From a virus (lineage: Duplodnaviria > Caudoviricetes), in the IMG/VR virus record IMGVR_UViG_3300042297_000545, positions 1 to 36,241 of that record: a stretch of 36,241 bases of DNA. One strand, given 5' to 3'. The notes beneath the pieces are model-generated. The model did not search any database and was not told the DNA's origin. It saw nothing but the letters and a program-made list of their open reading frames with translations. Below are positions 18,835 through 28,365 of this stretch, piece after piece (position 1 is the stretch's first letter; each line of letters opens with the position of its first letter). A program made the position numbers and the translations under genes.

Positions 18835-19130
18835 ACCGGCACCAGCAGCCAGCGCTCGTAGTCGCCGTTCTCCTGGCGCATCGTGTCGCGCACGGTGTAC
18901 GTGGCGCCGTCATAGGTCACCGTCGCCTCGCGTGCTGGCGTGGCGATCGAGCCCACCGCGACGAGCACGGCCTTCTCGCTCGCTTTGATCCCGCCGCCCG
19001 CGCCGTCGTCGACCATCTCCTGCCGGTCGTCGAGCGGACACCGCACCGAGACCGACCCGACCACCAACGTTTTCGCGTCCGGTGCGCGGGCCAGCATCAG
19101 TGCCGCGAGGCGGCGCGTATTCAGCGGCAC
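18831..19130 (-). CDS. Head closure/head-tail joining protein (gpFII-like), 99 aa
   Basis: GTG overlaps the upstream stop; TVTYDGATYTVRD...DYERWLL beta-barrel pattern. Confidence 0.65.
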   Translation of the reverse strand: MPLNTRRLAALMLARAPDAKTLVVGSVSVRCPLDDRQEMVDDGAGGGIKASEKAVLVAVGSIATPAREATVTYDGATYTVRDTMRQENGDYERWLLVPV

Positions 19131-19339
19131 TACCGACGCTTCCGCGGCGGCACCGGTGCCGTACTGGCCACCGGATCGTGGTGCTGGACGTCCACGGGCT
19201 CGAGGGGATCGGGCGCCAGTTCGGCGCGCCCGGAGGCCACCCACGACCGCGCCAAGGTGTCGGGGAGGTCTACGACCTCCCCGACGAAGCACGCGGTGCC
19301 ATTCGGACCACCCGTCCCGATGAGCATGCGAATGAGCAT
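19130..19339 (-). CDS. Small capsid-associated protein, 69 aa
   Basis: GEVVDLPDTLARSWVASGRAE motif typical of the gene after a major capsid gene; GGGAG RBS. Confidence 0.7.
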   Translation of the reverse strand: MLIRMLIGTGGPNGTACFVGEVVDLPDTLARSWVASGRAELAPDPLEPVDVQHHDPVASTAPVPPRKRR

Positions 19340-19353
19340 CGCGTGTCGCTCCC

Positions 19354-21240
19354 TTAGACCAGCAGGTCGCGATAAACCGCGAACGCGGCCGGCTGGCGGA
19401 CGGCGATGTCGACGAACTGAATCGACGTGATCTGGAGCAGGTTGCGGCGAGCCAAGGTGTACGGGTCGACGATGATCTCGGCGCCCGCCCCCCACTCACC
19501 GACCATGACGTTCGAGAAGTCTCCGAGGATGGCGGCGTGCGCCACGCTCGTGGACGAGCCCTTGGTCAGCGTGGACGGCAGGTTGTTCGTGGCGTACGCC
19601 GGGGCGCCGCTCACCGTGTTGGTGTCAAGATCCCACAGCGTCTTGCTGTCGGTCGAGGCGATACGGGGAATCGCGCCCATGCTGTACTTGATGCCCGGCG
19701 TGGTCACAAATGACACGCCATCGGTTGAGGCGTTCGCCACGGCCAGCGCCTTAAAGGCTTCGAGCACCTTGGCGTAGGTCGCCGCGAGCCCGTTCGTGCC
19801 CATCGCGATCAGGTTGGTGCCCGAGGCGATACCGACACCGGTCGGCTGGTTGGACGACCCGCTGCCGTACAGCGCGGCGGTGTCGATGGCGGTGGCGTGC
19901 TGCGCGATCAGGTCGTCGAACACGAGCTGGTCAGCGGCCGGCGTGGACTGCGCGAGGAGCTGACGCGACACCGTCGTCGACGCCTGGAGCGCCTTCGGGG
20001 AGAGCGTCACCTGATCGAGCGAGAGCGACGTGAGCGCCATATCGGAGCCCGGTCCTTCCGCCACCCACAGCGCGCTGTTGCCAGCCGTCTGGCGCGGGAA
20101 CACCACGTTGCCCGACAAGCCCGGCATAAAGCGGGCGCCGAGCGTGCCGAGGACGAGCGACTGCTGACGGAGCAGGTCGATCAGCTCCGGGCGCAATTCG
20201 GTGGCGACGAGATTGCCACCCTTGGCCGCCGTGCCGACGCTCATCTGCGTGCGGAGGTTGAGCGGGAGGAAGAACGACGACGCGTTGGTGTAGGTGCGGC
20301 CCGTCTTCTTCGCGAACTCGTCCGACACGTCGAACTCAAAGCCGTCGCGCTTGCCGGCGGCGATGCCCGAGAGGGCGCGCATCAGCGAGTAGGACTTCTG
20401 CTCCTTGTCCGTGAGCACGACGGCGGGCGCCGGGGCGCCGCTGTGTTCCGAGGCCTTATTCATACGCTCCAGCAGCTCCTGTCCGATGCTCTGCGGGTCA
20501 CGACCCGACGCAACGAGGGCATCAGCCTCGCGTGCCGAGAGGCCCGCCGACGCGGCGAAGCCATAGATGGTCTCCGTGCGAGACCGCACGTCGCTGATAA
20601 CAGGTGCGACCGTCGCCGATGCTGTCGGCGCGGCAGTCACCGTGGGGACTTCTTCCACATGTGCCTCCAGACCCGCAGACGCGGCGTCGGTGGAGTGATG
20701 AGTGTCGTTCGCGGAATGCGAACGACCGATGCCGACGGTGGGGTCGGCAGGGATGGGGACCGTCGAAACCTCGAAGACGGTCCAGTTCTTGAAGCGGCGC
20801 AGCTCCATGCCGTCCGCGGTGCGTTCGGTCGTGAAGTCGTTGCCGGTCGTGTAGCCGACGGACACCATCGGACGAATCCCGTCCTCGATGTCCTGGCGGA
20901 TCTCCTGCGCCTTGGCGCCGCGCGAGAACTTGATCCAGCCGCGCAGCATCCGGTCGTCGCCAATCGTCAGATCGGTCACGAGCCCGTACTGGTCGCGCGA
21001 GTCGTGCGAGAGCAGCAGCGGGATGCCGCGCTGCGCCCACGCCATGTTCACGGCGTCGGGGGAATGGTCGAGCACTTCGGCAAACGCTTTGCCCGTCGAC
21101 CAGTCCATGCGCTCGACCGGCATCTCGCTCGAGATGGCGACGGGCACGCGGCTGTCGCCCGCGGCGCGGTGCTCCAGCGCTCGTTCGTCAATGGTCATCG
21201 CGCAGGACACGGCCCGCGTTTCGAGCACGGTCGTCGTCAT
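19354..21240 (-). CDS. Fused prohead protease (HK97-type) and major capsid protein, 628 aa
   Basis: N-terminal PLLLSHD, VSVGY and EVSTVPIPADPTVGIGRS; C-terminal HK97-fold motifs GGNLV, WVAEG, GDFS and DIAVRQPAAF. Confidence 0.92.
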   Translation of the reverse strand: MTTTVLETRAVSCAMTIDERALEHRAAGDSRVPVAISSEMPVERMDWSTGKAFAEVLDHSPDAVNMAWAQRGIPLLLSHDSRDQYGLVTDLTIGDDRMLRGWIKFSRGAKAQEIRQDIEDGIRPMVSVGYTTGNDFTTERTADGMELRRFKNWTVFEVSTVPIPADPTVGIGRSHSANDTHHSTDAASAGLEAHVEEVPTVTAAPTASATVAPVISDVRSRTETIYGFAASAGLSAREADALVASGRDPQSIGQELLERMNKASEHSGAPAPAVVLTDKEQKSYSLMRALSGIAAGKRDGFEFDVSDEFAKKTGRTYTNASSFFLPLNLRTQMSVGTAAKGGNLVATELRPELIDLLRQQSLVLGTLGARFMPGLSGNVVFPRQTAGNSALWVAEGPGSDMALTSLSLDQVTLSPKALQASTTVSRQLLAQSTPAADQLVFDDLIAQHATAIDTAALYGSGSSNQPTGVGIASGTNLIAMGTNGLAATYAKVLEAFKALAVANASTDGVSFVTTPGIKYSMGAIPRIASTDSKTLWDLDTNTVSGAPAYATNNLPSTLTKGSSTSVAHAAILGDFSNVMVGEWGAGAEIIVDPYTLARRNLLQITSIQFVDIAVRQPAAFAVYRDLLV

Positions 21241-22718
21241 GATATGGCCCTCAGTTGGCGCACCGGCACCGCCGGCGCGTCGGCCGGATCGGGGACGGGC
21301 GCAGGCACGGCCCCGAGCGTGACGCCCTTGGCGAGGAGATAGGCCTCTTCGGCGGCGCGCTCATCGACCAGCGCGGCGAACGAGAGCCCCTGCTTGTTGG
21401 CTTCGCGGGTGCGCGTCGTGAGCCCAAGGCCCAGTAGCACGTCGATCGCGTTGGCGTCTTTGAGCGGGTCGACCCACGGCCAGCGGCGCGGGTGCCACAC
21501 CGACGCCTCGGCGATCGTGGCGGCATTCTGGCCGGCCACCATTGGGAACGCGCCCGCCAGCGCCGCCGTGTCGAGCCACAGCCGGAACACGGGCGCCACG
21601 ATCGTCTGAATGAACTGCGCCTGCGCGCCCTGCCACGCATCGCGCTCGACGAGCAGGCCCGCGCGCATCGACGAGTAGTTCACGTCGGACAGGTCGCCCG
21701 TCAGTGAGGCGTAGGCGACGTGGAGCCCCGACGCGATCTTGCGCAGCAAGTGACGCGCGAAGACGTCGTACTCCTGCGTCGGCTGACCCGGGTCGAGCAT
21801 CTTGACGTCCCAGCCGACCGGCAGCGTCCACCATTCACCTGGCGCCTGCTCGATCTGCGGCGGCACGCCGTCGGTGTCGAGCGGCTGCGCGTCGGCGCCC
21901 GGAATCAGCGCGCCCATCTTGGACGCGGTGACGCGGTTGAGCACGACGATGGCTTCGTCCGTCTTCTCGAGGTGCTGCAGCAGCAGCATCACCGGTGCGA
22001 GCGCGGTCACGCCGCGCGTCTGCTGCGGCCGCTGACGATGGCCGAGCACCAGCAGGCGGTCGGCGCGCAGGAAGCGCCGCAGCGTGCGGCCGCCGCTGTC
22101 CGACGGATGGCGCGTCAGCAGATGGTAGCCGACAATGCGGCCGGTCGCGTCGTACTCGACGCCCTGCACGATGCTGCCGCCCTGCGGGGTGCGGTCGGCG
22201 TTCTCCATCTCGTCGAGCAGGTCGGGGTCGAGCGGCTGCACCCAAAGCCCTCCGGGCGCGAGCCTTGACGGGATCAGCTCGAGCAGCGCCTCGCCCTCGA
22301 CCTTCCACGCCTCGGAGACGATGCCGCAGACCTCCACCCACGACCGCCCATCGGGCGTGCAGGACGCGGCCCACTGATACCATGCCGCCTCGATGGCCGT
22401 GCTCGCCGTCGTATTGGTGCCACGGGTCGACGGCACGATCGCCTGCAGCGTGATGCCGTCGGGTCCGATGATGTTGTCGCGCACCAGCGCGGCGTAGCGC
22501 GCCACGATGGGGCTGTTCTCGCGCAGCTCACGCGCGCGGAATCGCAGCACCTTCGCTTGGTAGCGGGTCGACTTGTCCGCGCTCTGCGCCGTGCCGGGCC
22601 AATCCGACAGGAGACGGTGCGCCGCCGCGGCCTGATAGCTGCGCGTCGCCGTCGGCGTGGCACGGAAGGCGCCGGTCACCGCACGCCACAAGCGGAGCGG
22701 CAGCGGGGCCGTCTTCAC
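21237..22718 (-). CDS. Portal protein, lambda family
   Basis: RARELRENSP, QGVEYD, QTRGV, LTGDLSDVNYSSMRAGL and WVDPLKD. Confidence 0.93.
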   Translation of the reverse strand: MKTAPLPLRLWRAVTGAFRATPTATRSYQAAAAHRLLSDWPGTAQSADKSTRYQAKVLRFRARELRENSPIVARYAALVRDNIIGPDGITLQAIVPSTRGTNTTASTAIEAAWYQWAASCTPDGRSWVEVCGIVSEAWKVEGEALLELIPSRLAPGGLWVQPLDPDLLDEMENADRTPQGGSIVQGVEYDATGRIVGYHLLTRHPSDSGGRTLRRFLRADRLLVLGHRQRPQQTRGVTALAPVMLLLQHLEKTDEAIVVLNRVTASKMGALIPGADAQPLDTDGVPPQIEQAPGEWWTLPVGWDVKMLDPGQPTQEYDVFARHLLRKIASGLHVAYASLTGDLSDVNYSSMRAGLLVERDAWQGAQAQFIQTIVAPVFRLWLDTAALAGAFPMVAGQNAATIAEASVWHPRRWPWVDPLKDANAIDVLLGLGLTTRTREANKQGLSFAALVDERAAEEAYLLAKGVTLGAVPAPVPDPADAPAVPVRQLRAIS

Positions 22719-23248
22719 GACGCGAACCCGACGGAGACCTTCCCGAACGCCGAGCCGCGCAGCTCACGCGCACGCTCACGGCGCCAGTGCGCTTCTTCGC
22801 GGTTCACGTCGGCCAGCGTGTGCATCTGCACCTGGCGGCCGCCGATCTGGAACATCTTCATCTCGCCCGAGAGGATGCTCTCGCGCGCGGTGCGGCAGAT
22901 GGCCAGCATGCGCTCGGCATAGCTGGTGAGATCACCGGCCGCCGCCGTGCCGAGGTCCGCGGTCACGTCGAGCGTGCCGCGGTCGAACGTCTCGACGACC
23001 GAGGCCAGCGTGGCGCGGAGCCGCCACTGGTACAGCGCGGGCGTGAGCGACGCCGTCTGCGCACTGGTCAGCGCGAGCACATGCTGGTCGCCGCTCGCCG
23101 TCGCGGTGGCCGAGAGGACGGTCGGTCCTGCCAGCGCGCACGACACCACCCAGCCGGCCGTCGCGGGATATTCAGACAGCGACAGCGTCACCGACAGGGA
23201 GTCGCCTGCGGTCAGTGTGTCCGGGATGGCCGTCAGCGTGGTGGTCAC
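22715..23248 (-). CDS. gpW-like head completion protein with an N-terminal beta-sandwich extension, 177 aa
   Basis: C-terminal ILSGEMKMFQIGGRQVQMHTLADV resembles gpW; directly upstream of the portal. Confidence 0.65.
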   Translation of the reverse strand: MTTTLTAIPDTLTAGDSLSVTLSLSEYPATAGWVVSCALAGPTVLSATATASGDQHVLALTSAQTASLTPALYQWRLRATLASVVETFDRGTLDVTADLGTAAAGDLTSYAERMLAICRTARESILSGEMKMFQIGGRQVQMHTLADVNREEAHWRRERARELRGSAFGKVSVGFAS

Positions 23249-23254
23249 ACTCGC

Positions 23255-23322
23255 ATAGTCGTCGCGCCCGTCCCGCCATCCTACGGGTGCGCGGCCCCAC
23301 TACGGCGCAACGGGGGGGAATG
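23255..23322 (-). promoter_or_regulatory. Putative late promoter B (head-tail operon), possibly leaderless
   Basis: Same box/CGTAGG/-10 (GACTAT) layout as 7979-8046; the -10 lies 6 nt upstream of the GTG at 23248. Confidence 0.65.
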
Positions 23323-23324
23323 CG

Positions 23325-23606
23325 CTACGCGGCGCGCTCGGTCGAGACGCGACGCGACCACGGGAGCCGGAAGGCGCGCGGCTTCTTCTTGCCCGACTCG
23401 TCCAGGTAGCCGCGTTGCACCAGCACCGTCAGCATCTGCCCGACCGTGGTGTCCTTGATTCGCATTTCAGCCGCCAGCGATTCGGCCTTCACTTCGGCGA
23501 ACGCGGTCATCGTCAGCCGCTTGCGGATGTGCCACATCGTGAGGCGTGCGGCAGGCGGCAGCGACACATCGTCGAGGGCTTGCTCGACGGCGAGGCAATA
23601 CGTCAT
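23325..23606 (-). CDS. Winged-HTH DNA-binding protein, candidate late activator, 93 aa
   Basis: ESLAAEMRIKDTTVGQMLTVLVQRGYL HTH followed by a wing. Confidence 0.75.
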   Translation of the reverse strand: MTYCLAVEQALDDVSLPPAARLTMWHIRKRLTMTAFAEVKAESLAAEMRIKDTTVGQMLTVLVQRGYLDESGKKKPRAFRLPWSRRVSTERAA

Positions 23607-23628
23607 GGCGCTCCGTGGGGCGGGGTCA

Positions 23629-25566
23629 TTATCGCATCCATCCGCCCGCCCGACGCGGCAGCCATTGGCCAGCCGGCTTCGCGGGGGAGGGGGTTGGCTT
23701 CTCGGTGGTCGGCACGACGGGCGCCGGTCGGGTCCCCTCGGTGTTCACGCGGTCCACTTCCGCCGCGAGCGACAGCACGGGCACGGGGCCGAGCAGCAGC
23801 GCGGCGTAGCAGTACGTCTCGCAGTCGGCCACCTCGTTGCGTACGCCTGGCGTGGCTTCCCACTTCCGCTTGCGGGTCCGCTCGTCCACGCGCCGCCGCA
23901 TCGACAGCAGCTGCGTCACGTAGTCCTCGTCGGCGTGCTGATTCAGGTGCAGGTAGCCGGGCCCCGGCTCGTCCATCGCGAGGCGGCGGTAGAGCCGATC
24001 CATGATCGCGTGGACGCCGAGGATATACAGGCGCCCCGGCTTGACCTTGGTCGGCTTGGCGGGCACCATCGGCGCCACGGGGTTGCTCGAGCCCTTGATC
24101 GCGTAGACGTGCTGAGCCAAGCGCGGCGCGCAGTACGTGTACACCTGCTTACTGTGCGTGCCGTCGCCCGCGTCGATCGTGAGCGACCGGATTGCCATGA
24201 GCGTGCCGCTCTCGTGCGTCCAGCGGCGTTGCGTGCGGTAGTCCTCGAGCCGTGCCCACCACTCGGGCTGGCTGGTGTCGCCGCGCAGGATTGTGCGCTC
24301 GATCAGCCAGGACGTCTCGCCGACCCCCCACGCTCGCACCACGAGCTCGCCGCGGTCGTGCTGCAGATCGAGGCCCGCCGTCAGGATCGCCGCGTCGCGG
24401 GGGACGTGCCACGCGATCGGCGCCTCGTCGTCCGTGCTGTCGTAGCGCGTGGCCCGCGCCATCAGCGTCGACTTGACCGTCTCGGCCGTCTGGTCGCGCC
24501 ACAACTCGCCGAGCGTGGTGTTGAAGAACGCCCGCAGCATCTCGGCGCGCATCGCGGGATCGCGTTGCCCGTTCGCGGTCACGAACTCCTGCGCCACTTC
24601 TTCCCACAAGGCGAACGCCGCCACGAGACCGTGGATGTGAAACGACCGCTTGTGCGGCACCCGCGGCTCGGCGGTCTTCGTCCATCGGCCGGCGCGCAGC
24701 AGCGCCCCCTTCTCACGCGCCAGCATCAGGTGCTCGCACGCCGCGCACTGGTAGGCGACCGACGACGCGATCACCTTGCCCGCCGTGTCCACGCCCCACT
24801 TGAGCCGATCGAAGTGTAGCGTCTGCCAGTGTCCGCAGTCCGAACACGGCACCTCGTACACCTCCTGCGTCCCTTCGAGGTAGCTCGGCCAGATCAGCGA
24901 CTCCTCCTGGCTCGTCGGGCTCGACACCTCGACGATCTTGCGGCGCCGCTGGAAGGATCGCGTGCGAGCGCGGGCGATCGCTTTCACGTCGCCCTCCGTG
25001 CCGGCGGATCTCGGGTGCCGGTCCCGTTCGTCGAGTAGCACCACCCGCTTTGGGCGCATCGCCAGACCCGAGGGCGCGTTGGCGCCCGTCATGTCGAGCT
25101 GCCCGCCGGGGTATGCTTTTGAGAGGATCGTGTTGTTGCTTTCCCGAGACCGAGCGGGCGCCACCAGTGCCGACAGCGCGCCACAGTCGCGGATCATCGG
25201 GGCCACGCGGTCCTTGCTGAACGACTCCGCGGTCTCGACGGTCGGCTGCACGCAGAGCATCGGGCTCGGCTCTTGGTGCGTGAAGTAGCCGATCGCGTTG
25301 AGGATGAGCTCCGTCTTCGCCGCTTGGCTCGGGGAGACCACGACGATCTCCTGCGTGGTCCGGTCGCTTACCGCGTCCATGATCTCGGGCAGGTACGGCA
25401 CCATCGCGTTAAGCCACGGCCCGTGGTTGGCCGTCGCCTCTGGACTGAGCACGCGATACTTCTCGGCCCACTGGCTCATCGTCAGACGGGGCAGGGGCCG
25501 ACAGTGCCGACGGAACCGTTCGCGGGTGACGCGGTTGAGCGCGTCGCGGCCAAGGGCGTGCGTCAT
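23629..25566 (-). CDS. Terminase large subunit, lambda gpA family
   Basis: SQWAEKYRVL, Walker A SQAAKTE, Walker B VLLDERD, VSSPT, CxxC pairs, AGLDLQ and RNEVADC. Confidence 0.95.
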   Translation of the reverse strand: MTHALGRDALNRVTRERFRRHCRPLPRLTMSQWAEKYRVLSPEATANHGPWLNAMVPYLPEIMDAVSDRTTQEIVVVSPSQAAKTELILNAIGYFTHQEPSPMLCVQPTVETAESFSKDRVAPMIRDCGALSALVAPARSRESNNTILSKAYPGGQLDMTGANAPSGLAMRPKRVVLLDERDRHPRSAGTEGDVKAIARARTRSFQRRRKIVEVSSPTSQEESLIWPSYLEGTQEVYEVPCSDCGHWQTLHFDRLKWGVDTAGKVIASSVAYQCAACEHLMLAREKGALLRAGRWTKTAEPRVPHKRSFHIHGLVAAFALWEEVAQEFVTANGQRDPAMRAEMLRAFFNTTLGELWRDQTAETVKSTLMARATRYDSTDDEAPIAWHVPRDAAILTAGLDLQHDRGELVVRAWGVGETSWLIERTILRGDTSQPEWWARLEDYRTQRRWTHESGTLMAIRSLTIDAGDGTHSKQVYTYCAPRLAQHVYAIKGSSNPVAPMVPAKPTKVKPGRLYILGVHAIMDRLYRRLAMDEPGPGYLHLNQHADEDYVTQLLSMRRRVDERTRKRKWEATPGVRNEVADCETYCYAALLLGPVPVLSLAAEVDRVNTEGTRPAPVVPTTEKPTPSPAKPAGQWLPRRAGGWMR

Positions 25567-26054
25567 GCCGCCGCCTTCACGGGTTCGGGCTCGTCGATCA
25601 CATCCTCGTCGAATGTGGACAACTCCACCACGATCCGCTCGGCTTCCGTTTCCGCTGCCAGTTCGGCGTCGGTCCCGAGATGCGCCAGGCGCACCGGCAT
25701 CGCCCGCAGTCGAGCGGTGAGCCGATCGAGCACGCGGGCCAGTGCGGCCTCGTAATCGGCCACGCTCACGACCTCGCCACGCGCTTTGGCCACGTCGATC
25801 TCGGCCAGCTCGGCCTCGGCGTTGGCCTTGCGGGTGCGTGCCGTGTCGAGGTCGCCGGGGTTCGCCTCGGTCACGGCCTTCTCGGCCTCGCGCTTTCGCA
25901 GGTTGATCGCGCAGTCGGGCTGCCGATACTCGAGCGCTTTGCGCTGGCGCGTGACGAGCACCGCCGGTTCCTGCGCCCGGATGTACTGCAGCGTGCGGAC
26001 GGCGAGCCCCGTCTCCTCGGCGAGCTGGTTGAGGGAGACCCAGCGTTCACTCAT
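25563..26054 (-). CDS. Terminase small subunit (Nu1-like)
   Basis: N-terminal HTH (LNQLAEETGLAVRTLQ) and ARTRKANAEAELAEI...RGEVV; adjacent to the large subunit. Confidence 0.88.
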   Translation of the reverse strand: MSERWVSLNQLAEETGLAVRTLQYIRAQEPAVLVTRQRKALEYRQPDCAINLRKREAEKAVTEANPGDLDTARTRKANAEAELAEIDVAKARGEVVSVADYEAALARVLDRLTARLRAMPVRLAHLGTDAELAAETEAERIVVELSTFDEDVIDEPEPVKAAA

Positions 26055-26099
26055 GCGGCGCCCGCCGGCGAGGCAAGCGCAGCCGTCGCGGAAAATCCA

Positions 26100-26182
26100 T
26101 TGGCTAGTGAATTACCGTGGTCCGCGGGAATCCGCCTCGGCCGCCCCCCATGGGAGGACCCGTGAATTTTTTCAGAAATTTC
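26100..26182 (-). other. Putative cos packaging region
   Basis: Non-coding DNA upstream of the small terminase; minus strand ACGGGTCCT contains the lambda cosQ sequence GGGTCCT (26155-26161), next to an A/T tract. Confidence 0.55.
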
Positions 26183-26235
26183 TCGGCGCGATGCGACGCG
26201 GACTTCGTGCGCTTTGGCGCGCATCGTGCTCGCGA

Positions 26236-26997
26236 TCACAGCGTCATCCTGAACAGGGTCTCCTCGATGGCTTGCTGACCGAGGGCCACGGCTCTCGTGC
26301 TCCAGACCCGTTGCGCGGTCTCCCATAGCTTCGTGCGCGCTGGAGTGCGGACCGTATAGCGGAACCACCACACCGCCTCAACATCAACGCGACCACCGAA
26401 GCTGCTATGACGACGACGGAAGATCCCCTTATCCGTCGCGAAGTAGCTGACGCCAGCGCCTGTCTTCTTGCTCCCTTTCTTCGTGCCACTTGCGAAGAAC
26501 ACCTTGCCACTTGGGTCGCTGCGGATCTGTGCGCCCACACTGGTAGGATACATCGCACGTGGCACGTTGGTCGTGGGTGTCCTCAACCCCTTGGCAGGTA
26601 AGAAGAAGCCGGCCGTGATGACCTTCCCACTGCCAAGGCGGTAGGCTTGGTTGCGCTCGGTGCGGGTCTCCCCTTGCTCGTGCCGTGCGAGGATGCGCCC
26701 GAAGTTCTTGGTCGCGCTGGCCTTGGTTCCGCCAGGGCCATCACTGCCGATCACGAGCATGGCCTGCTTGATACGCTTGCCTGACGTGGTTGCGGACTGG
26801 AACACCACAGCCTTCTTGAACTGCTCCTGCGTGCCACGCATAGAGAAGCTCGAGGGCAGGCGTTCACGCATCTCACCCTGTGCGGTCAGGCCGACCCAGT
26901 TCACCCAGAGCGCGACCGCCTTGGGGGCGTTGCTGCCCAGTGCGGCCATCGCCTTCTTGACCTCGGCCACGCCTTCCGTGCGGATGCTCAGGTTCAT
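26236..26997 (-). CDS. Lambda gpZ/HK97 gp10-like basic tail-completion protein, 253 aa
   Basis: MNLSIRTEGVAEVKKAMAAL...PKAVALWVN pattern; highly basic; GGGGG RBS. Confidence 0.55.
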   Translation of the reverse strand: MNLSIRTEGVAEVKKAMAALGSNAPKAVALWVNWVGLTAQGEMRERLPSSFSMRGTQEQFKKAVVFQSATTSGKRIKQAMLVIGSDGPGGTKASATKNFGRILARHEQGETRTERNQAYRLGSGKVITAGFFLPAKGLRTPTTNVPRAMYPTSVGAQIRSDPSGKVFFASGTKKGSKKTGAGVSYFATDKGIFRRRHSSFGGRVDVEAVWWFRYTVRTPARTKLWETAQRVWSTRAVALGQQAIEETLFRMTL

Positions 26998-27019
26998 AGT
27001 GCCCCCGTTGTGTGTGAGA

Positions 27020-27511
27020 TCACGCCGCCGCCCGTCGGAAGTTATCCACATCGACTACGAGCCGTGCCGCCGTGCCGTCATCCACCCGCTCGCAGCTCAC
27101 GCGCGCGACACTGGCATCGTCTCGGTAGGCAATGCCCCTCAGCAGATCGAGGGCGCCCTTGATCCGGTTGTCCACATCGCCCGACCGCTGTGATCGGTGC
27201 CACGTGATGCTCACGGCCAGATCGCCCAGCAATGGCACGACGTGCCGGAAGAGCAGGGCCGCGGCCTTGGTATCCGACGCGGCGCCCTTGGCCTTGTACG
27301 CCCGACCCTTACCCACGCGCCATTGCCGGTTCGCACTGGTCACCACCGGCAGGGTGAACCGCCAGCCCCCGCCTGGGCGCATCGAGACGGTCGCGTCGGC
27401 CCATGTCAGCGGGGCAGGCCGTTTGGCGGGTTTTAACCGCTTGAGGCTGCCGATGGTCGCTTTTCGGGGTTTGGTGGCAGGACGGGGCCGTTGTGCTCGC
27501 TTGACGGCCAT
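27020..27511 (-). CDS. rusA: RusA-like Holliday junction resolvase, 163 aa
   Basis: SANRQWR and DVDNRIKGALDLL...YRDDASV catalytic motif. Confidence 0.85.
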   Translation of the reverse strand: MAVKRAQRPRPATKPRKATIGSLKRLKPAKRPAPLTWADATVSMRPGGGWRFTLPVVTSANRQWRVGKGRAYKAKGAASDTKAAALLFRHVVPLLGDLAVSITWHRSQRSGDVDNRIKGALDLLRGIAYRDDASVARVSCERVDDGTAARLVVDVDNFRRAAA

Positions 27512-28365
27512 TACGCGGCCACCTTGGTCGTGCCATGCACGATCAGCATGGCGCCGTCGGTCCGTGTGATCGGATCGTCGTAATGCGTGCGGGCGTTCTC
27601 GGCGAGGGCGCCGATCTTCTTGCCCAAGTCGGCCACGCTCATGAACGGCGACGATCGGCCCTTGGTGACGATGCAGCAGTAATCGCGGACGCCGCGCACG
27701 ATCGCCGTATGGGGCACGTGCGCCGCGTCCTCGAGTGGTCGGAACATCGGGCCAAGCGTGGCGATGAGCTGGCCGACGTTCACGAGGCCGAGCTTGGACT
27801 TCCACGCGGTGATGCACTCAGACCGATCGGCCGGCGAGAAGTCGGGGTACTTGACCTCATCCGACACCACCCCGGGGGCGCGGCGCGGCTGTTTCGCGCG
27901 GCGCACATGGTCGGTGGTACTGGTCGTTGGTACTGGTCGTTGGTCGTTGGTATGGTGCGCGAGCGGCTCGCGAATCATTCGCGAATCATTCGCGAACGCC
28001 TCGCGAATGTCCGTATCTTCATACGTGTCAACGATTTCGGGAAACGCGGCCGCTTTGTTGGGGTGATCAATGCGCTGATGCTTGGCCCAGTTGACGATTT
28101 CAATGATCCGCTGCCCGCTGGCCGTTTTCCCGCGCCGAATCCGACCAATTCGCGAGAGATTCGCGAGCGATTCGCGAACGTCTCGCGAACGGTCCTGCTC
28201 GCCGTCGAATAAATCGGCCTCAATCTTGATGGGCTTGTCGAGCACGCGACCGCAATCGTCGGCGCTGGAGATTAGAAACAGAAACACCAGACGCGCCACG
28301 TCAGATAACGGGGTCAGTTTTTCATCCTGCCAGAACTCCGGCTTTATCGTGCGAATCCTTGCCAC
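27511..28365 (-). CDS. Phage replication initiator protein, 284 aa
   Basis: MARIRTIKPEFWQDE...SADDCGR...NWAKHQ family pattern; contains iterons. Confidence 0.85.
   Translation of the reverse strand: MARIRTIKPEFWQDEKLTPLSDVARLVFLFLISSADDCGRVLDKPIKIEADLFDGEQDRSRDVRESLANLSRIGRIRRGKTASGQRIIEIVNWAKHQRIDHPNKAAAFPEIVDTYEDTDIREAFANDSRMIREPLAHHTNDQRPVPTTSTTDHVRRAKQPRRAPGVVSDEVKYPDFSPADRSECITAWKSKLGLVNVGQLIATLGPMFRPLEDAAHVPHTAIVRGVRDYCCIVTKGRSSPFMSVADLGKKIGALAENARTHYDDPITRTDGAMLIVHGTTKVAA
27908..28188. repeat. Iteron arrays, putative replication origin
   Basis: TCGCGA at 27968/27979/27990/28001 and 28150/28161/28172/28183 (11-bp period); TGGTCGT/TGGTAC repeats at about 27908-27956. Confidence 0.75.

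Noticed and set aside
19354-25566. Protease-capsid fusion with lambda-type portal and terminase as a novelty
   Set aside because: This head-module architecture is already known in temperate phages.
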